Assembly (NCBI GenBank): GCA_964016885.1
Contig: CAXHJY010000991.1
Location: 24,346 to 88,345, forward strand
Reading direction: 5' to 3'
Length of the DNA: 64,000 nucleotides
Source: Eledone cirrhosa
Taxonomy: Eukaryota
Below are positions 14,147 to 28,780 of this stretch, in pieces. Positions within the stretch are counted from its first letter, which is position 1. The number at the start of each line of letters is the position of its first letter. A program made the position numbers and the translations under genes. Below the pieces are notes generated by a model, which saw nothing but the letters and a program-made list of their open reading frames with translations, did no database searches and was not told the origin of the DNA.

Positions 14147-14210
14147 ATTTCATTATATATATTTCAGGGATATCATATTAACAATATGCTATGCCTTCCT
14201 CAGACAAAAT
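14147..14210 (-). ncRNA. Type I hammerhead motif in a PLE-like terminal element (~14015-14285)
   Basis: Minus strand attttgt-CTGAGGA-aggcatagcatat...atatgatatccct-GAA-ATATATAT-A-atgaaat; 7-bp stem I. Same family at 30.2 and 55 kb. Confidence 0.75.
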
Positions 14211-14289
14211 ACAATATAAACAGTTTTATAGATAAATAGATTTGACATACCGTAACAACATCGACTTGTATTTGAAAAGTTGATTTGGC

Positions 14290-14316
14290 ATATATATATA
14301 TGTATATATATATATG

Positions 14317-14361
<45 letters not shown>

Positions 14362-14368
14362 GTATATG

Positions 14369-14443
<75 letters not shown>

Positions 14444-14536
14444 ATATATATATATATAAATATGTGTGTATATATATATATGTGTGTATATATATATATA
14501 TGTATATATGTATATATATATATATATGTATATATG

Positions 14537-14573
<37 letters not shown>

Positions 14574-14912
14574 GTATATATATATGTATATATATGAATA
14601 TATATATATATATATATTTATATATGTATATATATATATATATCTATATATATATATATTATTATATATGTATATATATATATATATTATTATATAAGTA
14701 TATATATTATTATATAAGTATATATATTATTATATAAGTATATATATTATTATATATGTATATATATATATATATTATATATGTATATATATATATATAT
14801 TATTATATATATATTATTATATATGTATATATATATATATATATTATATATATATATATTATTATAAATATATATATATATCTGTATATATATATATATG
14901 TGTATATTTATA

Positions 14913-14995
<83 letters not shown>

Positions 14996-15048
14996 TTATA
15001 TATATATATATATATATATGTATTTATATATATATATATATATATATG

Positions 15049-15102
<54 letters not shown>
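14290..15102. repeat. Compound (TA)n microsatellite with a local 20-mer higher-order repeat
   Basis: Direct inspection; tatatattattatataagta repeated around 14680-14740. Confidence 0.95.
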
Positions 15103-15103
<1 letters not shown>

Positions 15104-15185
15104 GTTATTCCGGGTTGAATCTGAGGTAACCACAGTAAGTAAGGTACTCAATACATAGCAGAGTATAACAGTTTTAATATAGATG

Positions 15186-15236
15186 AGATTCTACAGGACT
15201 AGAACTGTTTCATTCATTTGAAATCATCAGGAATCT
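15186..15236 (-). ncRNA. Type I hammerhead ribozyme motif with closed stem III, in a TA-flanked element (~15103-15493)
   Basis: Minus strand agattc-CTGATGA-t-ttc-aaat-gaa-t-GAA-ACAG-ttctagtc-CTGT-A-gaatct; perfect 6-bp stem I, GUA site. Confidence 0.85.
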
Positions 15237-15494
15237 GGGTATCAAAAAGTAAATATGGTATTTATAGGTCCCTACAAGTGGTAGGAGAGGGTGCGGAGTG
15301 GGATGGGTGCAGGTCATTGGTTGATAGAAAAGGGAATTCATTAAAAGCTAATTCTACAAAGCTATAGTTTATTTTTATTTTTATTTTTATTTATTTATGT
15401 TTTTAGAGTAACAAGGGCAGACAGAATTCTATAAACAGGTTCCGGATGGCCTACCATTCCTTGTCAATAAGTACCTTTTAAGCTAACAGATGTC

Positions 15495-15575
<81 letters not shown>

Positions 15576-15787
15576 GTATATATACATATATATTCAAAAT
15601 GTTTATTATAAACATACAGAATATTTTCGAATATTCTATGTCTATATTCACATATATATCGCTATTTCAGAGCATTTATTCCAATTTCTAATTTCTGCCG
15701 GACCGGCAACCGCTCTTTCAAACCAGTTCCTGTACACAGCTAAGTATTCTATAAGTCTCTAGCTGTGTCATTCTCGATAAAAGCACT

Positions 15788-15840
15788 GGATATGTAGTCC
15801 TGATGATTTCTAACAAGAATGAAACGCGTAGATTACTTCC
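15788..15840 (+). ncRNA. Type I hammerhead ribozyme, array unit 1 (predicted cleavage after 15830)
   Basis: gga-tat-gtagtc-CTGATGA-t-ttc-taacaa-gaa-t-GAA-ACGCGT-A-gattac-ttcc. Confidence 0.9.
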
Positions 15841-16097
15841 CTTGCTTTTATCGAGAATCTAATTGTAATACGTGACGTATTCTATTCTATAGCGATTAGG
15901 TCTTCAAAATGTTTATTATAAACATACAGAATATTTTCGAATATTCTATGTCTATATTCACATATATATCGCTATTTCAGAGCATTTATTCCAATTTCTA
16001 ATTTCTGCCGGACCGGCAACTGCTCTTTCAAACCAGTTCCTGTACACAGCTAAGTATTCTATAAGTCTCTAGCTGTGTCATTCTCGATAAAAGCACT

Positions 16098-16150
16098 GGA
16101 TATGTAGTCCTGATGATTTCTAACAAGAATGAAACGCGTAGATTACTTCC
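16098..16150 (+). ncRNA. Type I hammerhead ribozyme, array unit 2 (predicted cleavage after 16140)
   Basis: Identical to unit 1. Confidence 0.9.
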
Positions 16151-16407
16151 CTTGCTTTTATCGAGAATCTAATTGTAATACGTGACGTATTCTATTCTAT
16201 AGCGATTAGGTCTTCAAAATGTTTATTATAAACATACAGAATATTTTCGAATATTCTATGTCTATATTCACATATATATCGCTATTTCAGAGCATTTATT
16301 CCAATTTCTAATTTCTGCCGGACCGGCAACCGCTCTTTCAAACCAGTTCCTGTACACAGCTAAGTATTCTATAAGTCTCTAGCTGTGTCATTCTCGATAA
16401 AAGCACT

Positions 16408-16460
16408 GGATATGTAGTCCTGATGATTTCTAACAAGAATGAAACGCGTAGATTACTTCC
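16408..16460 (+). ncRNA. Type I hammerhead ribozyme, array unit 3 (predicted cleavage after 16450)
   Basis: Identical to unit 1. Confidence 0.9.
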
Positions 16461-16582
16461 CTTGCTTTTATCGAGAATCTAATTGTAATACGTGACGTAT
16501 TCTATTCTATAGCGATTAGGTCTTCAAAATGTTTATTATAAACATACAGAATATTTTCGAATATTCTATGTCTATATTTATA

Positions 16583-16752
<170 letters not shown>

Positions 16753-16769
16753 TATATATGTATATATAC

Positions 16770-16880
<111 letters not shown>

Positions 16881-16884
16881 AAAA

Positions 16885-18101
16885 GACAAAAAAAAAACAA
16901 ATCCTCCATTTCCATTATGCCAAACCCATGACTTCCAAACATCTGATCCACCGAAACTCGGCCGTTTCGGACCATACCAAAATCAACATACTGATTGCGG
17001 ATTTGGTACGGGTGATGAGAAACGTGTCCCGCACGTGCGACCCCGAAGAACTAGAGAGACACATACAAAACGTCAACCACCGTATGCAGTTTTCTGGCTA
17101 CAATCAGAGAGATAAAATCAGAGTGTATAGAGGAGCCAGAACTAAATGAAAAAAATGGTAAATAATGACATAAATGGGACTTGCCCCTTGTATAGGAGCA
17201 AATTTTGGAATAGAATAGAAAGAACTAGGAACAAGGCTAATAGAATAAACTCATGGTATGATAGCAATAAATCCAGAGTGTAATGTTCATCGATACAACC
17301 CCTAGAGGTGGATTAGCTTACAAATTTAGAAGGGCCCTAAATAAACATAAACTCAATATTAAGATAGTAGAAAGACCAGGTGCCTCCGTAACAACACTTA
17401 TTAGCAAGACATACCCTTTTCAAAGACCCTCATGTATAGATATGAAATGTATAACCTGTAAAATAAGGCCCCATATTAACTGTAAAACTAGAAATGTAGT
17501 GTATAGCATGAGATGTACTGAAGGACAATGTAGAGACAAAAATATAGTGTACATAGGTGAGACACCTCGTAGTGTAGGGGAACGGATAAATGAACACTGG
17601 CGAGACCTTCAAGATAGTAAAGAATCATTTGTACTCTACCAACATGCTAAAATAGAACACAAGGGTAAATTAGAGAACATAGAAGTAAAAATAGAATCTA
17701 CACACAGAAAAGACGCAATGTTTAGACAAATTACAGAGGCAATAAACATAAAAGAATTACAACCAAAATTAAATAGAAAATATGAGTGGAACAGCAACAT
17801 CACAACTTACAATTAAGAACAAAATGAAAACACACACACACATATAACAAACAACCAACCAGTAACATGTAAATAAACAAATAAATAAATGAACATAAAG
17901 ACACAGACACCCGGATGTGGCGCATGCGCAGACTGAGCACACAACACACACACAGAAACAAAATGGCGTAGGACAGAACAAAGGAGAGGCACAGAAACAA
18001 AGAAAGGAATCCCCAGTCACTTAAGAGGTCACAGAGTGTGTGACGAAAGAACTATGACTATATATAAACAACTATCTGGTTGTGGAACCAATCAACCAAC
18101 A
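16885..18101 (+). mobile_element. 5'-truncated PLE copy (RT C-terminus, GIY-YIG, 3'UTR) of the 21.5-26 kb family, disrupted
   Basis: [21 protein letters not shown]...; NVVYSMRC...IVYIGET...ERINEH. Stop at 17147-17149 plus frameshift. The HHR at 18015-18059 has a CTTAAGA (G5U) core. Confidence 0.9.
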
Positions 18102-18124
18102 TGTATATATATATATATAACTTG

Positions 18125-18590
18125 GAAATATTTGGGCCAGTACTGGCCCAGGCCATGTCTAACTTAATAGCACCACCTGGCGAAGTCTTTCAATTCAGGA
18201 TTTGGGCACCATGGCCCATTTGAGAAGAGAATTAATGTTTGCGGAGACATGTCCGGGTGTGGGTGGTTTGTCCGGGATTACTTGGAGGAATTTGTCCAAA
18301 GACTTCTTGAATTTTGTGTGGTCAGTTTCTGTTTTGACGTGTCCTGGTGTGATGTTGAAGAGAGCAGGGCCAATTGAGGTGAAATAATTGTGCCGTATTG
18401 TTATTTGGGGGACGGATAGCACGGAGCCCACGCCTTGGGTGTATTTTGAAGGTAATGCCAACATCATTTGGGCAGTGATGATGAAACATTTTCCACATCA
18501 TGCAGATAATATAACGCTCACGGCGACGTTGGAATGAGTAAAGTTTCAGCTTTTCTAGACGACCCCAGTAGTCAAGGTCTGACATGCCAT
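18125..18590 (-). mobile_element. CR1/L2-like LINE ORF2 C-terminal fragment, 5'-truncated
   Basis: [33 protein letters not shown]...GPALFN...FKKSLDKFLQVIPDKP, a typical post-RT C-terminus; one frameshift. Confidence 0.8.
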
Positions 18591-20361
<1,771 letters not shown>

Positions 20362-20970
20362 TAGTGGCTGCCAACTCGTTTTCGAGTACGGCCACTACTT
20401 TATATCCATGTAGGAGAACCCCTACCGATACGCTGAACGAGTGTGACTTTTGAGTCCAGCCAGCGACTTGAAAACTCTGGTACAAACACGACACTTGTGA
20501 CAATTATTGACACATAGTACTGGGCCCATGGTACCATGTGATGACAAGTGAAGAGAGATCTCCAGATATAAAGCAATGCCTGTGCCGTGAAGCTTTTATA
20601 GTGAGCAAAGGCACTGCACAAAGCCAGTCCCACTCTCTTAACCAAGATGATATTTACCACAAAGGAGAACAAGTCAACATCATTGGATACCATCAAGGTT
20701 GCAGGTGTTATATCAGAGTTTTCCTTCTCCTAGAATTATGCCTTGACAAAGGCTAAGGGGTCATCTCTCCCAATGATTTTGGATGGCCATTGACTCTTGA
20801 GAGCTCCTTTTCCCTTTGACAGATTTTGTTTTTAGTCCTGCAGGATGTCCAAAATCACCCTCCTCACCAAGAAACCTTGGTGGGGTTGCCAGTTTAGTCG
20901 CCAACGACCCGACCATGAGACAGGTTGTACTGGGATACATGTTTCCAGTAGCACTAACTGGTGACCTGAC
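20362..20970 (-). mobile_element. Interspersed repeat resembling an RTE-clade 5'UTR, inserted in TA repeat
   Basis: Minus strand contains tctaggagaaggaaaactctga and cccagtacaacctg...caaccccaccaagg...ttggtgaggaggg; a diverged homolog lies at 49940-50140 (+). The clade call is from recall. Confidence 0.5.
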
Positions 20971-20974
20971 ATAT

Positions 20975-21011
<37 letters not shown>

Positions 21012-21070
21012 TATATATATACACACATATATATATATATATATATACACACACATATATATATATATAT

Positions 21071-21107
<37 letters not shown>

Positions 21108-21160
21108 TATACACATATATATATATATATATACACATTTATATATATACACACATATAG

Positions 21161-21241
<81 letters not shown>

Positions 21242-21296
21242 TATATATATACACATATATATATATATATATACACACACATATATATATATATAT

Positions 21297-21389
<93 letters not shown>

Positions 21390-21422
21390 TATATATATTA
21401 ACACACATATATATATATATAT

Positions 21423-21473
<51 letters not shown>

Positions 21474-21641
21474 TATATATATATATATTTATACACATAT
21501 TGTTATACTTTGGGAGGGTCATGTTGCCAATAAGAAACACACGCACCAGTTGTTTCACTTCAATTTATTATAATAAATTTATAAATTTATAAATTTCTGG
21601 TTGGTTGGTTGGTTCCACAACCAGATAGTTGTTTATATATT

Positions 21642-21684
21642 GTCATAGTTCTTTCGTCTCACACTCTGTGACCTCTTCAGTGAC
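21642..21684 (-). ncRNA. Minimal hammerhead in the 3' pseudo-LTR
   Basis: gtca-CTGAAGA-g-gtcaca-gagtg-tgagac-GAA-AGaaCT-A-tgac; one stem II mismatch. Confidence 0.75.
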
Positions 21685-21887
21685 TGTGGATTCTTTTCTT
21701 TGTTTTTTTGTGCCTCTCCTTTGTTCTGTCCTACGCCATTTTGTTTCTGTGTGTGTGTTGTGTGCTCAGTCTGCGCATGCGCCACATCCGGGTGTCTGTG
21801 TGTGTTTATGTTCATTTATTTATTTGTTTATTTACATGTTACTGGTTGGTTGTTTGTTATATGTGTGTGTGTGTTTTCATTTTGTCC

Positions 21888-24800
21888 TTAATTGTAAGTT
21901 GTGATGTTGCTGTTCCACTCATATTTTCTATTTAATTTTGGTTGTAATTATTTTATGTTTATTGCCTCTGTGATTTGTCTAAACATTGCGTCTTTTCTGT
22001 GTGTAGATTCTATTTTTATTACTATGTCCTCTAATTTACCCTTGTGTTCTATTTTAGCATGTTGGTAGAGTACAGATGATTCTTTTCTATCTTGAAGGTC
22101 TCGCCAGTGTTCATTTATCCGTTCCCCTATACTATGAGCTGTCTCACCTATGTACTCTATATTTTTGTCTCTACATTGTCCTTCAGTACATCTTATGCTA
22201 TACACTACATTTCTAGTTTTACAGTTAATATGGGGGCTTATTTTACAGGTTATACATTCCTTATCTATACATGAGGGTCTTTGAAAAGGGTATGTCTTGC
22301 TAATAAGTGTTTTTACGGAGGTACCTGGTCTTTCTACTATCTTAATATTGAGTTTATGTTTATCTAGGGCCCTTCTAAATGTGTAAGCTAATTCACCTCT
22401 AGGTGTTGTATCGATGAACATTACACTCTGGTATTTATTGCTATCATACCATGAGTTTATTCTATTAGACTTGTTCCTAGTTCTTTCTATTTTATTCCAA
22501 AATTTACTTATATACAAGGGGCAAGTCCCATTTATGTGATTATTTACCATTTTTTCCAATTTGGTTCTGGCTCCTCTATAGACTCTGATTTTATCTCTGT
22601 GATTGTAGCCAGAGAACTGCATACGGTGGATGAAGTGTTGTATGTGTCTCTCTAGTTCTTCGAGGTTGCACATGCGGGACCCATTTCTCATCACCCGTAC
22701 CAAACCGCAATCAGTATGTTGATTTTGGTATGGTCCGAAACGGCCGAGTTTCGGTGGATCAGATGTTTGGAAGTCATGGGTTTGGCATAATGGGAATGGA
22801 GGATGTGTTTTTTGTTATTAATGGTATCTAACCAGAGCTCTGTGTCTAGTACAGGTAATCGATGGTTAGGGTGTTTCCTCTGGTAGTCTATAGTAACTCT
22901 AATACTCTGGTGGGTGGAGTTAGCTCTTTGCTGGAGGCTTTCCATTGTGTTTTTCTCTAGTTCCTGACTGTTCTCTAGTGGGGGTGTCTTCACTACGATG
23001 TTTATATCATCAACGTAGCGGGAGTACATTATCAGGGTTAAGGGGTCTTCTAATTGTTCTTTAAGTTTACGTTTAAGTCTACTGTCCCACCATACCATGA
23101 ATAAGTTAGCTATGTCGCCTGCAATGCTAACACCAATGGCTACTCCTTCCTCTTGGGCATATGTTTTTCCATTAAATTTGAACATATGTACCTTAAGGGT
23201 TAGTTTTATGCTGGCCCCTACCGCATGTACAATCATTTTCTTCAGTTCATCGTGGTTTTCGGGTGTCCATATGGCTCTGGTCCACCCGTTCCATCTATCT
23301 GTGTGGGTTTTCTTGGCCATTGAGGTAATGGTAGGTGGTCTGCCTCTTTCTGGTCTTGTAGGGCACAGGTTGCTAAGGTCATATGTGTCTAGGTAATTAT
23401 TACTATAGGTAAGTTTAAGTAGGAGTCCCAGCTCACTTGTATCAATCCCACGGAACTCAACATTGCTCTCACTGATCATTTCTACGCATTTCTCCACAGC
23501 AAAATCCACGTCAATAAATGGATACAGTGACACAACATCCATACTACCTGTTATGCAGTTTGTTAGGTCACTAGATCGGTTACTCTCGCCGATTCTGCTG
23601 AGGAGGTCCTCCGTGCTGTCACATACATCTGAGGACATTTCAATGATGGGGCGTATGATCAGGGAGAGGAAGTAGGACAGTCTGTAGTTACTAGCAATGT
23701 TAGCTCCACAGACTGGCCGTGTTGGTGGTCCCGTGACAGGGTCACTGCCCGTTTTATGGTCTTTTCGAAGCCCATACAACGCCGGCACGTCATTGTTCCA
23801 GGCCTGGAAGTTGTTGGCAGTCCTTTTGTTGGGCTGCATTATATTCGCCACATCACCATATGGGCATTGAGGGCTTTTTCTTTATCCTCATGCTCCTGTG
23901 GTGTTACCTCTCTTGTGTTAGTGATGTGGGGTTACATTGCCTGGATGTAGTTTGGCAGGCTGTCAACCGACATTCTGCCAGACTTGTCTGTTGGAAAGCA
24001 TGCTATCTCACCATTACGCGAGCGCTGCATGAGCTTACGCAAGCCATTTGCAGATTTTTCTCCCAGTTACTGGGCCTCCATTCTATTATTCTTCTTGCTA
24101 TACTGTTCTATAATATTTCTAAGTTCGGATCTAGCTATACTAAATTGTGCTTCTGTTTGTTCATCGAACTGCGACGGCAATTTCGTGCGTTTGATAAATG
24201 GTAAAGTCGTGGCGTGGTCTGGTCGCGGGTCGAACGATTTATCAGAGGGATTATAAAAAGTAGAGTTCCAGGCTGCTGCTTTATGTCTACTAGTGCTATT
24301 GTTATTGTTAGTTGTGTTGTTTCTATTTCTATTTCCACCAACAGCCTCATGGTTGTTTCTATGTCTCTCATAATTACTCCTCTCTCTTTCCACTGGCTCA
24401 TTGTTGTTATCTACCCTATTTTGTGTCTCTCTGTGTTCGTCTTGGTTATTTTCTTTGTCCTTAGTCTCCCTTCTTCTTTTAATCCTATTACTTTCCCTTA
24501 TTTCTGTGATTTCTGTGCTACTGTCATTACTTGTTTTCTGTGTCTGTGTGTTTGTTAAGATTGTGGTGGTGGTGAGAGGCATTGAATGTGTGTGTGTTGT
24601 TGTTGTTGATGTGTGCTGTTGTTGATGTGTGTTGTTGTTGAACTCATCTGTTAATGAGGTGTCGGCCATATTTATACCGTCGATTTTGTCGGGAATTCTA
24701 TTGATATGCTCTACAGTATCCTGATTTAGCTTTATCTGCTTAAGCTACTTTAGTTTCTTGTTAAAGTGCTTATCACATTCTTGAGTAATGTACTGTTCTT

Positions 24801-25212
24801 CGGGACGTATAAGGCTTATAAATATTAGTTTCTCTCTTGGTGTGGTGATCCTAGCTATTACTTGTATTAGGTTACGCTTATATTTTTCTTGATGGCTTAA
24901 TTCTCTATAGATCTTCTTTTTTATGTTTAGAATTAGTGTTCGTTTTAGCCTATCTGCTTGTTTTTTGGTGAGTTGTAATCTTCTTACGTCGGTGTTGATG
25001 GTGTTGGTGTAAACTCGGGACGAGGCACATTATTTTATGAAGTGTAGTTGTCGAGATCTTATGGTTTTTCGTAGACAGCAGAACATGGTGGTTTTCAGTA
25101 TCTTGTTAGCCTGGCTAAGGCTTACGATATTTCGTTTCTGAATTTGTTTAGCAAGATTCTTTATCTGAAATCGTGTGTTGAAACCGATATTGTTATACTT
25201 TGGGAGGGTCAT
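21888..25212 (-). pseudogene. PLE polyprotein (reverse transcriptase + Cys linker + GIY-YIG endonuclease) with several stops/frameshifts
   Basis: Starts [15 protein letters not shown]; RT motifs GSMDVVSLYP, QEEGVAIG, YSRYVDDI; linker CxxxxCxxC; NVVY...YIGET. Broken into pieces 25030-25212, 24067-24669, 22691-23851 and 21948-22703. Confidence 0.9.
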
Positions 25213-25329
25213 GTTGCCAATAAGAAACACACGCACCAATTGCTTTCACTTCAATTTATTATATATTTATAAATTTATAAATTTCTGGTTGGTTGGTTGG
25301 TTCCACAACCAGATAGTTGTTTATATATT

Positions 25330-25372
25330 GTCATAGTTCTTTCGTCACACACTCTGTGACCTCTTCAGTGAC
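25330..25372 (-). ncRNA. Minimal hammerhead in the 5' pseudo-LTR, ~120 nt upstream of the ATG
   Basis: gtca-CTGAAGA-g-gtcaca-gagtg-tgtgac-GAA-AGaaCT-A-tgac; 6-bp stem II, CUA site. Confidence 0.8.
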
Positions 25373-25950
25373 TGGGGATTCTTTTCTTTGTTTTTTGTGC
25401 CTCTCCTTTGTTCTGTCCTACGCCATTTTGTTTCTGTGTGTGTGTTGTGTGCTAAGTCTGCGCATGCGCCACATCCGGGTGTCTGTGTCTTTATGTTCAT
25501 TTATTTATTTGTTTATTTACATGTTACTGGTTGGTTGTTTGTTATATGTGTGTGTGTGTTTTCATTTTGTCCTTAATTGTAAGTTGTGATGTTGCTGTTC
25601 CACTCATATTTTCTATTTAATTTTGGTTGTAATTCTTTCATGTTTATTGCCTCTGTGATTTGTCTAAACATTGCGTCTTTTCTGTGTGTAGATTCTATTT
25701 TTATTTCTATGTTCTCTAATTTACCCTTGTGTTCTATTTTAGCATGTTGGTAGAGTACAGATGATTCTTTACTATCTTGAAGGTCTCGCCAGTGTTCATT
25801 TATCCGTTCCCCTACACTACGAGGTGTCTCACCTATGTACACTATATGTTTGTCTCTACATTGTCCTTCGGTACATCTCATGCTATACACTACATTTCTA
25901 GTTTTACAGTTAATATGGGGGCTTATTTTACAGGTTATACATTTCTTATC

Positions 25951-25988
<38 letters not shown>

Positions 25989-26609
25989 TATATATATATA
26001 TACACATATATATATATATATATACACACACATATATATATATATATATACACACACATATATATATATATATACATATATACACAGAGAGAGAGAGAGA
26101 GAGAAGTTGGAAATAGCACGAACTTTTTTTAATTTCCCACCACAAAGAGACCTGTAACAGACAGGCTGAAACACACACATACAACCCCCCTCCCCGCCGA
26201 CACACACACTCATGTGTGTACTGTTATAAATACACCCTCACACAATACACACACTCCCTAAAACCATATTCGAATAATAGAATTGCTTTTACAACCCTAC
26301 TGCTGCCATAGAATTTGTGTCTAGCTTACAATTCCACTTCCCCATTAGAACTCTTGAACAGTCAATTAACACAAGCAGATATTCACACACATATCTACAG
26401 AATATTTTCTTTGCCCCCAAAAAACAATTTTGTTCTGTGAACAAACACAATTACTGTCACTGCTGCTACTATCATGACTACACACTCCTCTCTCACTATA
26501 CACAAGAACTCATTCTCTAGTCCACTTCTGAGCAAGGAAGATGAGAAAAAAACACTACTTTAATATTTAGTTATTGATTCCTATTAATTCTTTTTAATTG
26601 CAATACACA

Positions 26610-26655
26610 GCATTTGATAAGATGAATTTTAATAATACATCGAAACCCGTAATAC
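26610..26655 (+). ncRNA. Degenerate hammerhead motif with U3:A8 core
   Basis: gcat-TTGATAA-gatg-aattttaataata-catc-GAA-ACccGT-A-atac; one stem I mismatch. Confidence 0.5.
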
Positions 26656-27428
26656 TTTATATACTTTATATACATTATAATATTCTTTTTTAAAAGAATT
26701 GTACCTCTCATTTTTTCAATAATGTCATCTTTTCAATAATGTCACTTTGACGAATAGAGAAAAGAAAACAAGAAAAACAGACCCTAAAATATATTTTCCG
26801 TGCTATTTCCAACTTCACCTTTTCTCTATATCCACTGTTTTGTATAGAACCTTACTTCCCTTTTCTAATACATATATATATATATATATATATAAATTTT
26901 TACGTATATGTGTGTGTATGAAAGAAATTAGATTTACATATAGACATTCACACACACGTAGCACACCAAATGCATACAGAAACACATACATTTAACTCAT
27001 GTCACTGTTTTAAGGTAATCAATACTTGCAACCCTCAGGCATTTTCTTTAAACAAATAAGTAAAGGTAATTCGCTGAATACATCGAAATATATTCAACTG
27101 TTCTTTATATATTTAATTGGTATCAAGGGCTAATTGAACAATTATACCAGTGTCTATTAGAAACTTAAATATAGACATCGAGAACCTAAATAAATGTTGA
27201 AATCGATGCACTGTAAGAGCATTTTCAAATAATTGTTTATATGTAAATATCTCCTGGGACATACATACGTACACGCACGCACACACACACATATATATAG
27301 GTATTTATCAATTATAATATGTATATAGATATATATAGATATATACACATACATATATATAAAAATACCTACTCTATTTATTTATAAATTACTTTGGCTT
27401 AAATGAAAATATTTACGTTGCAAATATA

Positions 27429-27479
<51 letters not shown>

Positions 27480-27515
27480 ATATATATATATACATATAAA
27501 TATATATATATATAA

Positions 27516-27546
<31 letters not shown>

Positions 27547-27547
27547 A

Positions 27548-27579
<32 letters not shown>

Positions 27580-27689
27580 GCATACATATAAATATATATA
27601 TATATAAACGTATATATATATATATATATATATGCATACATATAAATATATATATATATAAACGTATATATATATATATATATATATGC

Positions 27690-27724
<35 letters not shown>

Positions 27725-28143
27725 TATATATAAATATATATATACAAACGTATATATATATATATATATAAATATACATTAAATACATATATATATATAA
27801 ATACATACGCACACACATACACACTCATATATATATATATGTGTGTGCGTGTGTTTATATTTGCATTGTTAATAATCTCGTTTAACCCAAATTACTTAAT
27901 CAAAATTAGAGTAGATATATTTTCAATTATTAAATTATTAATGAATCACAGATAAGAAATGGAAGCTGATCTAAATGTGTTTACTTTTTGTTCTTTATCC
28001 TATTCTTGGCTATCATCACTTTACTTTAATCAATATATATATATCTATATATATATCTATATATATATATATATATATATCTATATATATCTATATATAT
28101 ATCTATATCTATATATATCTATATATATATATATATATATATA

Positions 28144-28196
<53 letters not shown>

Positions 28197-28198
<2 letters not shown>

Positions 28199-28273
28199 AC
28201 AACAGAACAAATGCGAATAAATAAGGAAAATATGTTTATTCAAAAATATAGACCAACATTAAATAAGGTTTAA
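28197..28273 (+). mobile_element. Extreme C-terminus of a PLE-type GIY-YIG domain (different family), 5'-truncated at TA repeat
   Basis: [24 protein letters not shown] matches the R..E...I....P.LN end motif. Confidence 0.55.
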
Positions 28274-28732
28274 TATACATTATGTCAACACCACAATATG
28301 ACATACACACACACACATAACACCTTCTACTTTAGAAAATAAAAACCCGAACTAAATAAACCTTAAACATACCTTTGAACTGGCAATACAATAGCAAAGA
28401 CGAAAAAGTCACGAAAATATGTTCATTCAAAAATATTCCTACTAAAGGAATCATTTTCCTACACACACACATACACACAATATATATATATATATATTCT
28501 CTTCATCTTAACATGCTAACCATACTCCCACACACATAACACCCATACACACACATAACAACCCCCACACCTACAACACCCTCCCCATTTCTACTAATAG
28601 AACCACTTTCCTACACACATATATATATACACACACACAAAATATATATTCTCTCTATCTAACATACTCGCACACACACACATAACACACAACTCCCTCC
28701 CCCATCTCTACTAATAGAATCATCTTCCAATA

Positions 28733-28780
<48 letters not shown>

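Larger units (their letters stand above)
15593..16578 (+). mobile_element. Retrozyme-like tandem array: ~3.2 copies of a 310-bp non-coding unit, one HHR per unit
   Basis: Exact 310-bp period (units start 15593, 15903, 16213, 16523); only one substitution seen (16021); flanked on both sides by TA repeat. Confidence 0.9.
21497..25957 (-). mobile_element. Penelope-like element (Neptune-like), near full length, with direct pseudo-LTRs 25187-25957 and 21497-22272
   Basis: ~775-bp direct repeats that each contain the GIY-YIG tail, 3'UTR, an HHR and the first codons of the ORF; flanked by TA repeats. Confidence 0.93.

Noticed and set aside
15593-16578. CRISPR array or ordinary satellite interpretation of the 310-bp repeat
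   Set aside because: No repeat-spacer alternation, no cas genes and a eukaryotic context. Each unit carries a full ribozyme fold.
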